A DNA stretch of 64,000 nt from a virus. Location of the stretch: IMG/VR virus record IMGVR_UViG_3300022868_000017. The stretch is one strand, 5' to 3'. Under the pieces are notes generated by a model. That model was not told the DNA's origin. It saw only the letters and a program-made list of their open reading frames with translations, and searched no databases. The position numbers and the translations under genes are program-made. Shown here in pieces: positions 28,277-37,420 of this stretch. Every line of letters starts with the position of its first letter. Within the stretch, counting starts at the first letter, position 1.

Positions 28277-28453
28277 TGGCAAATAAAATTATGTTAAATA
28301 TTCTTTTTTACTTGTTCATTATAATCATGATAGGTACACATATTCTAGCTATTTTTTATGAAGGAAGTGAATCAATGTGGTTAATTCATAATATATTAAT
28401 GGTTGTGCTAGGTATTGGAGTTATTGGGATTAAGATTATGGATAAAGATTAAA
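28277..28453 (+). CDS. small membrane protein (58 aa)
   Basis: Hand translation MANKIMLNILFYLFIIIMIGTHILAIFYEG...LMVVLGIGVIGIKIM. First plus-strand gene after the strand switch. Confidence 0.25.
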
Positions 28454-28454
28454 A

Positions 28455-28696
28455 TGGCATTCACAGATAATTTAATGAAGTGGCAAAATTATGCTCACTA
28501 TGTTTTATTAGCTATTGGTTTATTTGTTCTACATGCATTACCTCCATCAACTTATTTAGAAGGATTAATTACAAGTGGTTGTTATTGGGGTTGGATATTA
28601 TTATTTATATATTACACAGTAGGGTTGTTCATAGTAGATACTTTGATTCATTTATTTTTCTACTTTGCACCAGAACCTGTTCAATGGAGAGATTAA
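28455..28696 (+). CDS. membrane protein (80 aa; internal start of track ORF 28415..28696)
   Basis: MAFTDNLMKWQNYAHYVLLAIGLFVLHAL...WILLFIYYTVGLFIV. Confidence 0.35.
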
Positions 28697-28723
28697 AAAA
28701 AACATCAATGAGGAAAAAATAAA

Positions 28724-29014
28724 ATGGCAATGAGAAAAATAAAAAAAGGTCAACAAATAATATTACTTGAATCTATGTATTATAGTGAACAATTTGGTGG
28801 TATTTTAACAAAGAAAGAAGCTGATGATGAAGGATATAATTATAGTAGAATCCCTTATTTTAAATCAAAGACTAAATTTACTGCAGAAGAAGATGGAGAT
28901 TTAAACTCAGTTAATTTCTATAATGTTGATACAGGTCAAAATTTTAATGTTGATTCTGGATTTGGTCCAAGGAAAGTTAAAGTGTTACCATTTAAAAAGA
29001 AGAAGGTGAGGTAA
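28724..29014 (+). CDS. hypothetical basic protein
   Basis: ORF track. RBS GAGGAAAAAATAAAATG. Confidence 0.4.
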   Translation: MAMRKIKKGQQIILLESMYYSEQFGGILTKKEADDEGYNYSRIPYFKSKTKFTAEEDGDLNSVNFYNVDTGQNFNVDSGFGPRKVKVLPFKKKKVR

Positions 29015-29024
29015 ATATAAAATG

Positions 29025-29250
29025 GCAAAAACAATTCAAGCATGGAAAGGTAGCTCAGCAAGAATACCAGCATTAAGTGTTCCAGCAAAGTAGGATAGGG
29101 CATCAAATTTAGAAAGAGATATATTTTTGAGAAATATAGGGTGTTCAAGTAAAGATAGAAGAACAGCATTTCATGAGTTAAGTAAAGTAAAACAAATGAA
29201 AATCATCAAGAATGCTAGACAAGGGACTAACTATCTAGAAACAAGAGGTA
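29025..29250 (+). pseudogene. ORF interrupted by in-frame TAG after 23 codons (possible pseudogene or readthrough)
   Basis: MAKTIQAWKGSSARIPALSVPAK-TAG-DRASNLERDIFLRNIGCSSKDRRTAFHELSKVKQMKIIKNARQGTNYLETRGK-TGA, in a single frame. Confidence 0.2.
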
Positions 29251-29251
29251 A

Positions 29252-29524
29252 ATGAAAATGATATGGAAAAAACACAAACCAATTAAAAGAAGAGATGGTT
29301 CAACTGAAGAGTCTTGGACATATGATGATTTTCAAGTTGAAATTGATGGAAGAAAAGGATTAGGTTATGATGTAGATTTTACAGTATTCCCATCAGGTAG
29401 AAAATCATTCTCAAGAAGTGTACATTTTGACACTAAATCAGAAGCATTAAGATTTGCTAGAAGATTGATGAAAAATCCAACTGGTAATAGTAATATGATA
29501 CTATCTACAGGTAGATTTTTATAA
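29252..29524 (+). CDS. hypothetical protein
   Basis: ORF track. Tightly coupled to 29526..29774 and 29781..30122. Confidence 0.4.
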   Translation: MKMIWKKHKPIKRRDGSTEESWTYDDFQVEIDGRKGLGYDVDFTVFPSGRKSFSRSVHFDTKSEALRFARRLMKNPTGNSNMILSTGRFL

Positions 29525-29525
29525 A

Positions 29526-29774
29526 ATGGGACAATATGGAATAATAGGAAGAGAAACAGGTAATAGGTCGTTGAAAATGATACGAACAAGAAAACCAAAA
29601 TTCGGAGTTCCAGGAAGTATCATCATTAATGAATTAAGAAGACCAGCTATGAACTCATTAAGAGAAGATGCTCGTTTTAATAAGTTTGTCAAAGAAAATA
29701 GGTTATCTATTAAAGGTTCTCAACTATGGGCTTATCATAATGATATAATGGTAATAGATGAATATGGAAGGTGA
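29526..29774 (+). CDS. hypothetical protein
   Basis: ORF track. Confidence 0.4.
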   Translation: MGQYGIIGRETGNRSLKMIRTRKPKFGVPGSIIINELRRPAMNSLREDARFNKFVKENRLSIKGSQLWAYHNDIMVIDEYGR

Positions 29775-29780
29775 TTAATA

Positions 29781-30122
29781 ATGGGAGATTATTTAAGAAG
29801 AAAATATGGGTATAGTCCAGAATATTATATTATGAGTGAAAGAAGTAGTAGTGAATTATTGAAAGATAAATCATGGTTAGCTAACTCTAGTGCATTATTT
29901 GTAAAAACACCTAATGGTAAGAAAATGACTATATTAGGTTCTGGTCATGGTTATGGTAGTATAGTTACTTCTCATAGTTATATTTTTGATACTGGTAATG
30001 GCTATAGAAAACCACCTTATGGACAAGAAACATTCAAAATATATAATATTATCACTTTTAATAGTCATGGTGAACCAAGTAAACCATTCAAAGCTATTGG
30101 TGGTTTTTACGTGATGAAATAA
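29781..30122 (+). CDS. hypothetical protein
   Basis: ORF track. Confidence 0.4.
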   Translation: MGDYLRRKYGYSPEYYIMSERSSSELLKDKSWLANSSALFVKTPNGKKMTILGSGHGYGSIVTSHSYIFDTGNGYRKPPYGQETFKIYNIITFNSHGEPSKPFKAIGGFYVMK

Positions 30123-30128
30123 AATAGA

Positions 30129-30806
30129 TTAAATATTATCTATAATATCTTTTCTAGTTGAATTGTCAACAGGTTGGTCAGATACCTTTTCATTCTCAAT
30201 TTCAGTTAAGTCTCTCATTTCTCCTTTATCTTCTCCTTTCCAAAACCACATTGAACCCATTCTATTATGTTTTTCAAGAAACCTGAAAGTAAAATCATCA
30301 TCATCATCAATTATTTCTTTAACTGTTATTACAACCCTGGCTCTAGGTGTATAACTGTTCACAAACTTTTTATTTCTCAAACAACTCATTCCAACTTTAA
30401 ATTTTTCTGGAGTAAGCCATTTTTTACATTTATCACGTTTTTTATAAGGACAGTAAGCTTGAACATGAGGTGTACAAATAAAGGCTGGTCTATATCTCTT
30501 TGATTTATTAAAACAACCAATGAACATAACTCCAAATTCACCAAACCCATAATTATTTCTAACAAACCTAGCTAATTTCTTATCTGTATCAATAGTATAA
30601 ACATCTACATCTCTACAATGTTTTTTTAATCTAGTAAAGTATCTAAATGTTTTCAGAGCTTTTCTTCTACCTGCTGATAATTTTTCCCATTGGATAGCAT
30701 TTCTCTTATCTCTTAATACTTCATAACACTGAACATGAACAGTGTCTTTGTTTTTCCTAGTTAATGTACTATTTGTTTTAATTGGATATCCCATCTTCTT
30801 CCTCAT
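30129..30806 (-). CDS. Cys-rich basic protein overlapping the recombinase gene
   Basis: 225 aa with CRDVDVYTI...CFNKSKRYRPAFICTPHVQAYCPYKKRDKCKKW. Its 5' end overlaps the 3' end of the recombinase gene by 29 nt. Confidence 0.4.
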   Translation of the reverse strand: MRKKMGYPIKTNSTLTRKNKDTVHVQCYEVLRDKRNAIQWEKLSAGRRKALKTFRYFTRLKKHCRDVDVYTIDTDKKLARFVRNNYGFGEFGVMFIGCFNKSKRYRPAFICTPHVQAYCPYKKRDKCKKWLTPEKFKVGMSCLRNKKFVNSYTPRARVVITVKEIIDDDDDFTFRFLEKHNRMGSMWFWKGEDKGEMRDLTEIENEKVSDQPVDNSTRKDIIDNI

Positions 30807-31656
30807 ATGTATAATATATTCTATTTTCGTTAGTTGCTTTTTTATCTAACTTATTTTGTACTTGATTAAATAAATTCAGTTCAATCAATGGTGTCCAGTC
30901 TTTTAACTTAAATTGACCCCGGTATTTCTTTGTTTTACCCTGCCCTATTTTCTCTATTCTGGTGTACTCAAATATCCCAATATACTTCTTGTTCCTTAAA
31001 GAAGTTAAAAGGGTGTTAAAATTCATTCCTGTGTATTCAGCAGTTTCTTTGATACTAATCTTGGAACCACTATTATAATAACTGAATGCTTTTCTAATTA
31101 ATTTAGACTTGGTTCTTTCTACAACCCACATATTAGTTACTTTATCTTTTCCATTCTCTTTGATAACTTTTTTCTTAATGAAATAACCATAAGGTGGAAA
31201 CCCAAATGGTTTACCATTCTTAATTTTATCTGTCATCATATCTTTCTGAAACTTCTTACCCTTTTCAATTACTGATTCAGCAATGGCTGACATAATTCCT
31301 GTGAAAGTAATATCTTGTGTCAATTCCATCCCTCTGGAAATATCAAACACTTGGATTTTTAAACTTCTAAGAATCTTAATCTTCTCTATCATATATGATT
31401 GGTTTCTTGAAAACCGTTCCAGGTCTCTCACAATTATTATGTCAAAGACTTTATCATGAGCTAACTCAATCATCTTCTCAAACTCAGGTCTGTTCTCACT
31501 GGACCCTGTGATAAACCCATCATTGAATATCTTCAACAATTTGTAAGAGTTCCTTTTTGAATATTCACCAATCATTTTAATCTGATTGTCAATAGAAGTA
31601 TTATTCTTATGACTATCCTCTTGGGACAATCTGACATAGCCAACAACTCTTACCAT
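30778..31656 (-). CDS. serine recombinase (resolvase/invertase family)
   Basis: N-terminal VVGYVRLSQEDS...IDNQ catalytic domain (Ser nucleophile in VRLSQ). DIIIVRDLERFSRN. C-terminal DNA-binding extension. Confidence 0.85.
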   Translation of the reverse strand: MVRVVGYVRLSQEDSHKNNTSIDNQIKMIGEYSKRNSYKLLKIFNDGFITGSSENRPEFEKMIELAHDKVFDIIIVRDLERFSRNQSYMIEKIKILRSLKIQVFDISRGMELTQDITFTGIMSAIAESVIEKGKKFQKDMMTDKIKNGKPFGFPPYGYFIKKKVIKENGKDKVTNMWVVERTKSKLIRKAFSYYNSGSKISIKETAEYTGMNFNTLLTSLRNKKYIGIFEYTRIEKIGQGKTKKYRGQFKLKDWTPLIELNLFNQVQNKLDKKATNENRIYYTYEEEDGISN

Positions 31657-32050
31657 CTATTAATAAATAGATTAAATAAGTTATAAACTTTTATTAAACT
31701 ATCTTTATTATTAGGCCCCAAAAAAGTTTTTCCGGTAATAACCTTCTGTGATAAAGACATTCTGAGATACCTATACCAGAATGGCAAAGAAACCCATATT
31801 TTTGTTCTTTATCCCATCTATCTATACAATAGGAATGGTTGGGTGGTTTTATTTCAAGAAGTTTTCTCACTACTATAGTTAGTGCACGAGAGGGCCCAGC
31901 TTTCACAGACAAAGCTGTAAAGTAAATACCAATCGTATGTGAGAATGTGACTTACTAAAAAAAAAATTAGTATAGTAACCCCTGTTTTAACCAAAAAATA
32001 AACATATCTTAATAAAGATTTAAAAAGAAATCTAATTAATTATTAATAGT

Positions 32051-32416
32051 ATGAGATTTTACATTTCCGTTATCAAGAGGTACCTTCAATATTTTTATCA
32101 TAATAGAAACAATGTTATTGGTCTTCACTCTCTCTATTTAGCAATAGTTTGGTCAAAGATATGTAGTATGATTATCTTTAGAGAGAGTTTTAATAGAGAA
32201 GGTATTAGATTAGTTAATCAAAACTATAGGTCATATTTAAAATCAGAGATAACTAGAGAACAACTGATAGAAATGGTAGGAGAAGCTGAATGTTATATTC
32301 CAGATATCTATCAAATATTGACTAGATTAAGTGATAAGGCTGATGATGAAGGTATAGATACAGGATTCAATCCTGGAAGATGGAAACCAGGTGTGATAGC
32401 TGCTGAGGTAATATAA
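32051..32416 (+). CDS. hypothetical protein
   Basis: ORF track. Confidence 0.35.
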   Translation: MRFYISVIKRYLQYFYHNRNNVIGLHSLYLAIVWSKICSMIIFRESFNREGIRLVNQNYRSYLKSEITREQLIEMVGEAECYIPDIYQILTRLSDKADDEGIDTGFNPGRWKPGVIAAEVI

Positions 32417-32417
32417 A

Positions 32418-32945
32418 ATGGATGAAAAAATCAGAACAAGTAGTGCTATTAAACAACAGTACCAATATCTATTTGCTAGACACTTATCTCATTTGGGCTT
32501 ACCTATCAATCATTACTATATTTATGAGTTTATCACGACATGTATGGCTGATGATAGAATCAGAAAGGTTCTTATAGAAGAATTAGAGAAGTTAGAAGAA
32601 GATAAGTTAGGGTATGAGAAAGATGAGATATTGAACTCATTGAAATACTTCCAGAAAGAGTACTATCAGAATGCTTTCTTGTTAGATACTTTAAAGAAGA
32701 AAAAAGAATATCAAGAGAAAGAAGAAACCAAGAATGAAAAGGTATTTAAGAAGGTTATCTTTAGTGTTATCAAAGAGTTGAGTTTAGAGTTACCCTTAAT
32801 CAATGATTATTTAATGATAGTATTTGGAATGATAGTTAAGAATACAGATTTAGAATACATTAATGCACCTAGAGAAGAGATATTACATCCAGATGCTCAA
32901 TTTAATAGAGAATCTTACAAAGAAAACTTGAGAGAGATACAATGA
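32418..32945 (+). CDS. hypothetical protein
   Basis: ORF track, Glu/Lys-rich. Confidence 0.4.
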   Translation: MDEKIRTSSAIKQQYQYLFARHLSHLGLPINHYYIYEFITTCMADDRIRKVLIEELEKLEEDKLGYEKDEILNSLKYFQKEYYQNAFLLDTLKKKKEYQEKEETKNEKVFKKVIFSVIKELSLELPLINDYLMIVFGMIVKNTDLEYINAPREEILHPDAQFNRESYKENLREIQ

Positions 32946-33119
32946 TGAAAACGCCAGAAGACTTTAAACAAGACCTAATTTTGTCAGGACAACAAATGGA
33001 ACAATTAGGGATTAGACTATTAATAGCTTATCAATGTATCTTTTGTGGTCAAATATTTGATGACCCAGTAGATATGATAAATCATAATACATCTATGATA
33101 TGTAGACAGATAGAATGAA
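32943..33119 (+). CDS. small Zn-finger protein (58 aa)
   Basis: Hand translation ...QCIFCGQIFDDPVDMINHNTSMICRQ (CxxC...H...C). ATGA overlaps on both sides. Confidence 0.3.
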
Positions 33120-34893
33120 TAAAGAAGATAAAGATGGGTTTACTGAAATTAAGATAGATAGTAGTGGTAAACTTTTGATGATAGTAGGTGGTAGTGGTTC
33201 TGGTAAGACTGTTTTAGTTCAAAATATAGCTTATCAAAGTAGAAGGTATGCTGGTATGAAAGTTATTTATATTACAGAGAAACCTCAATCATCAATGGAA
33301 AATTCATTTTGTTGTTTAGATAAGATAAGTGAAGGTCAAGATAGAGCATTAGAAAGAAGTATGGTACCTGATACAGAAAGATATCCTGAAAAGGTTGAAA
33401 TATTTCATCCATTTACATTTAACTTTCCAAAAACATTAGTACCTGATAATATTAAATTGTTTTCTCTATCTATTAAAGATGTAGATGAAGATTCTTATGG
33501 AGCATTATTAGGAAGAGATGTTGACTCTCCTTCTGTATTGTTATGTCAAAGTGTAGCAGATGAATTAAGTGAAAAAGATGATATTTTCTCTTTCTTATTC
33601 AAAGCTTATCAATTATCTTCTTCTAAAGATTCTGAAGCTGAAATTAAAACAGGAAAGTTATCAGAAAAAAATATGTGGATACCTTTTGAAACATATGGTA
33701 GTAAAAGAGATATTGACCAGATTAAAGTTACATTTAAGAATTTAGCTGAAGATTATTTACTTCAACCATCTAATAGTCCAATGAATTTATCTGATGAAAA
33801 ACTTATTAAAATGATAAGAGATAGAGAAACACTATCTATGTTCACTATGTGGAAAATTAAAGATAAGAAAACAAAATATTTTACTTACATTGAATTGTTG
33901 AAAAGATTGAATAATGTAATAGTAAATAATAGACATCCTCCTATTTTAATCATTTTAGAGGAAATCAAGATTCTTCTTCCTAAGACAACAGGTGATAAAG
34001 AAAAGTATAAAGAAAAATTAGCTGAAGTATTAAGAGAGATGTTAGCTGGATTGAGAAGTAGTAACGTAACATTATTAGCTACTACTCAGAGTTATTATGA
34101 AACCAACTCAGATTTTAGAGATGGTATAATATCTGAAAATGTAATGATAATGAAGTTAAGTAGTGAGGATGTAAAGAGTATTGGTAGGGATTTCAGATTG
34201 AATTCAGAAAACTTTAATACTCTTACAACTCTTAGAACAGGTGAATTTGTGTTCTTTAATGATATTCAATCAACTCAAAATGTAGCTGAGAAATTCAAAG
34301 TATTTCATGTTCCATTTGGTCATAGGGAACCTGGTTATGATGATTATATTCATGAATTTAGAAAATTATATCCAGATAGGATGGTAACATTGAAACAAGA
34401 AATAAAAGATGTTAGAGTTTTATTTAATAAAAGTTCCAAAGTTCAAAAGAAAAGAGTTACTGAATGGGAACAATCTAAGAGAAAAAAGAAGAAAGAAGAA
34501 GAAAGTAGTACTAAAGTAGTAGAAAAGAAACTTTCAGATACTATATCTGACCCTGACCTCAATAAAGAAGAAGTTGAAGATTTTGATTTTGAGGATGATT
34601 CTGTTAGGGATACATTTGAACCACCTAGTAAACGAACATTATATAAAGGTAGTAATAGACAAAAGGTAGGGAGAAAAGGATATGATATTGTTATGGATAC
34701 TCCAAGTAGTAGTTGGAAGAGTAGATTAGTATTGATAGAGGATGACATTAGTGAAGCATTAATGAAGAAAGTAGTCAGTGAATATGCCATATCAATAAAG
34801 GATTATGAATTTATGAAAAGTACTTTTCAGAAAAAATATGTAAAATCAAACTATCTAGATATATATGAGGACATTTTTAATGAGAAACCTTAA
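33115..34893 (+). CDS. P-loop ATPase of FtsK/HerA/viral packaging-ATPase type with long charged C-terminal tail
   Basis: Walker A LMIVGGSGSGKTVLVQNIA. Walker B PPILIILEEIK. C-terminal about 200 aa is Lys/Glu/Ser-rich (KRKKKKEEESSTKVVEKK). Confidence 0.55.
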   Translation: MNKEDKDGFTEIKIDSSGKLLMIVGGSGSGKTVLVQNIAYQSRRYAGMKVIYITEKPQSSMENSFCCLDKISEGQDRALERSMVPDTERYPEKVEIFHPFTFNFPKTLVPDNIKLFSLSIKDVDEDSYGALLGRDVDSPSVLLCQSVADELSEKDDIFSFLFKAYQLSSSKDSEAEIKTGKLSEKNMWIPFETYGSKRDIDQIKVTFKNLAEDYLLQPSNSPMNLSDEKLIKMIRDRETLSMFTMWKIKDKKTKYFTYIELLKRLNNVIVNNRHPPILIILEEIKILLPKTTGDKEKYKEKLAEVLREMLAGLRSSNVTLLATTQSYYETNSDFRDGIISENVMIMKLSSEDVKSIGRDFRLNSENFNTLTTLRTGEFVFFNDIQSTQNVAEKFKVFHVPFGHREPGYDDYIHEFRKLYPDRMVTLKQEIKDVRVLFNKSSKVQKKRVTEWEQSKRKKKKEEESSTKVVEKKLSDTISDPDLNKEEVEDFDFEDDSVRDTFEPPSKRTLYKGSNRQKVGRKGYDIVMDTPSSSWKSRLVLIEDDISEALMKKVVSEYAISIKDYEFMKSTFQKKYVKSNYLDIYEDIFNEKP

Positions 34894-34944
34894 GAATACT
34901 TTATTAAAATATTTAAACTAAACCATATTTTAAGACAATAAGAG

Positions 34945-35286
34945 GTGTTTATGAAGTTTACAAGAAAAAAAGGAATCATCCTAAGAAGACTGCTTTTGAT
35001 GAATTATAAAAAGTGGTGGGGAGGAAGAAAAACAATATCATTTGGAGATATTGTCAATCATCTGAATAGTGATGGTGGTATATCTAAAGGATATATAGAA
35101 AAAACCATTTGTGAAGCTATAAAAACAGGATTGTTAGTATTTGACAGGAAGGATAAATCCGAAAGTTTTACAAGAGTATTTTATATGGTCAATGAAAGTG
35201 AAATAATAAAGACTTTAGAGCAAGATGAAATATTCAAAATGGACACAGAAATAGTGAGAGGACACTTTAGTATAATGGTAAAATGA
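34945..35286 (+). CDS. putative winged-helix DNA-binding protein
   Basis: FGDIVNHLNSDGGISKGYIEKTICEAIKTGLLVF is wHTH-like. Confidence 0.35.
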   Translation: MFMKFTRKKGIILRRLLLMNYKKWWGGRKTISFGDIVNHLNSDGGISKGYIEKTICEAIKTGLLVFDRKDKSESFTRVFYMVNESEIIKTLEQDEIFKMDTEIVRGHFSIMVK

Positions 35287-35302
35287 AATATTCAAAATTT
35301 AT

Positions 35303-35893
35303 ATGGGGTATAGCAATAGTATTGACCATTTTAGTAATAATATCTTTGGTGATGATACTATGATTAATACTCAATATCTCAAATTTCTAAAAGGAGGGAT
35401 ATTGGCTTATTTTATTATTTCTCTTATTACAGGTGTTTTATCAGGAGCTACAATTGCTGTTACAGATGGTGATTTTAAACCATTGGCTGAAAATACACTT
35501 GGATTATTATTAGCAAGTGATAATCAAGCATATCAATTAGAAAAAGATTGGGAAAGTGGGACGTTTGATACTGATAATGATTCATTTGACCAACTCATAA
35601 AAGATGCTGTGTTAAGAACTATACTTACTAATATAGTAATAACGTTTTTAGTTCTGTTCTCTCTCTTTAAAATTATTGAAAAATGGTTAGAGTGGAATCA
35701 ACCATTAGGTACAAAATTTACTTTATTAGCTATAATCATTGCATTAATCATATATGCAGTATTAGGTATTATTTATTATTTAATTTCATCAATAGGAGGA
35801 GGGTTAGAAGGTAAATTTTTAGATACTTTAGTGGCTGGAATACCGTTGAAGAGTTTGTTCTATGGTATCAAAGTATTAGCTACCACATTATAA
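35303..35893 (+). CDS. membrane protein (about 4 TM)
   Basis: Hydrophobic helices ILAYFIISLITGVLSGATIAV, ILTNIVITFLVLFSLF, FTLLAIIIALIIYAVLGIIYYLI. Confidence 0.45.
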   Translation: MGYSNSIDHFSNNIFGDDTMINTQYLKFLKGGILAYFIISLITGVLSGATIAVTDGDFKPLAENTLGLLLASDNQAYQLEKDWESGTFDTDNDSFDQLIKDAVLRTILTNIVITFLVLFSLFKIIEKWLEWNQPLGTKFTLLAIIIALIIYAVLGIIYYLISSIGGGLEGKFLDTLVAGIPLKSLFYGIKVLATTL

Positions 35894-35897
35894 TAAG

Positions 35898-36269
35898 ATG
35901 ACAGACCAGAAGATATTAATATCATTTGACCAGGAAGATTTTGATGAAAAACTTAAACACATTCATTATAGTATAGAAGCTTTAGCTTATTGTGTACTAG
36001 TATCATATGATTTTCTAAGAATATCAGGTAAAAGTAATGTTAATGATATTTTAGATGAATTAAGTGATGGTCATTTAGAACAAATGAGATACTTTTATGA
36101 TAATATCCACCATGATGTAGGTAAACAAGCTTATTTAGATAAGATAAGTGCTAGTATATATAGTATAGGAAGACATAAAATGTATCTATTAATTAATGAT
36201 TACATAAGACATACAGAAGATGAAGATGAAGATACTTCTTCTAATGGTGGTAAAAAATTATTTTTCTAG
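35898..36269 (+). CDS. hypothetical protein
   Basis: ORF track. Confidence 0.4.
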   Translation: MTDQKILISFDQEDFDEKLKHIHYSIEALAYCVLVSYDFLRISGKSNVNDILDELSDGHLEQMRYFYDNIHHDVGKQAYLDKISASIYSIGRHKMYLLINDYIRHTEDEDEDTSSNGGKKLFF

Positions 36270-36365
36270 TTACTATTTTTTTTTAGAATTACATTTAAGT
36301 ACTTTATAAATTTTATTAAATTAAAATAAACCACTATATGTGGTTTTCTGGAGGAAAAAATTAAA

Positions 36366-37334
36366 ATGGAAGGTAAAGGAACTTGGGCTATAGTTCTTCT
36401 TGTTTGTGCAGTACTTTTAGTTGGTGGTGGTATCTCTTTTGTTGGATATCAGATGAATCAACAATCGGTGGTTGGAGCTGACCCCGGAGAAGTTACTGAA
36501 GCAGCAGAAGCAACTGCAGCAGGATTAAAAGTAGGAGATGCGGCTACAACTAAATTTAGAGCATATGATAATGAAGATGCTTCTTTAAGTCAAGTGGCAG
36601 CTACTCTATATGTTGAAGAACATAGTGGAGAAGATTATGCTTTGATTGAAGATGCAACAGCTATGAGTGCTAGTGCAGCAACATCTGTTTCAACAACTGT
36701 AGGTTCAGAGTTAAAAGCATGTGCATTTGATTCAACTTACTACGGTGAGTGTGCAGTATTTACTGTTAGCAAAGAAACAATGCCTAAAAACTTAGAAGTA
36801 TATGCTATTGCAAGTAGTGTATTAGTTGAATGTTATGACGATGGTTCAAAATTAACAGATTGTAATTTAACTTTAGCAGCTGGTCAAACAGACGCTCTAG
36901 ATTATGTTAGAATTGAGTTAAACGAATCTGATGCAGCTTTTAACTTTAAAGGAATTGGTATTGATACTACTGCAAGTGGGAATATTACTAACATTGATGC
37001 AACTGGTTCAATTACCCCTAGTGGAAGTTTAAGTGTATCAACTGTACCAACTAGATTAAATCGTGGAGCTTACGATGTTGATTTCTATTGGACAGTAGCA
37101 GATGCTGTTATGCTTCATGAATGGGATGTTATCACAACTTCCTCAGTAAGTTTTGAAGCAGATTCAGGCAACGACCCATCTGAAACCGCAACTATGTACA
37201 TTGTTGATGAGAGTATGTTTAAGAGTGTAGTTAAATCAACACAAAACAGAATCTTATCTGGTGTGGAAACAGATGCTAGTAGTCCAGCTGATGTAGGTAT
37301 TACAGACCCAACTTTAACAATAAACCTTAACTAA
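36366..37334 (+). CDS. putative major structural/surface protein with N-terminal hydrophobic anchor
   Basis: Strong RBS GGAGGAAAAAATTAAAATG. N-terminus MEGKGTWAIVLLVCAVLLVGGGISFVGY. Ala/Thr/Ser/Val-rich body with GC-richer codons (gct/gca/act), suggesting high expression. Followed by a T15 terminator. Confidence 0.4.
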   Translation: MEGKGTWAIVLLVCAVLLVGGGISFVGYQMNQQSVVGADPGEVTEAAEATAAGLKVGDAATTKFRAYDNEDASLSQVAATLYVEEHSGEDYALIEDATAMSASAATSVSTTVGSELKACAFDSTYYGECAVFTVSKETMPKNLEVYAIASSVLVECYDDGSKLTDCNLTLAAGQTDALDYVRIELNESDAAFNFKGIGIDTTASGNITNIDATGSITPSGSLSVSTVPTRLNRGAYDVDFYWTVADAVMLHEWDVITTSSVSFEADSGNDPSETATMYIVDESMFKSVVKSTQNRILSGVETDASSPADVGITDPTLTINLN

Positions 37335-37341
37335 GGTTTAA

Positions 37342-37356
37342 TTTTTTTTTTTTTTT
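37342..37356 (+). terminator. oligo-T tract (15 T), archaeal-type intrinsic terminator
   Basis: taaggtttaa then T15, immediately 3' of 36366..37334. A second T6 follows at 37359-37364. Confidence 0.5.
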
Positions 37357-37420
37357 GATTTTTTCTAACTGAATTATATCATAAGTTTTCTTAATAAATA
37401 TTTATAAATGATAACTATTA

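Noticed and set aside
28936-29169. Minus-strand ORF 28936..29169 and similar minus ORFs in the plus arm (29365..29598, 34443..34790, 43314..43580, 50917..51099, 55073..55264, 55489..55686, 59384..59584, 61303..61527, 63386..63715)
   Set aside because: They lie antisense within coherent plus-strand genes, show low complexity, and lack translational signals.
29025-29250. Possibility that the in-frame TAG encodes pyrrolysine or is reassigned
   Set aside because: TAG clearly terminates the 1562-aa, 1990-aa and 2548-aa genes (each directly followed by the next start codon) and gene 8695..8928. A pseudogene or readthrough explanation is more parsimonious.
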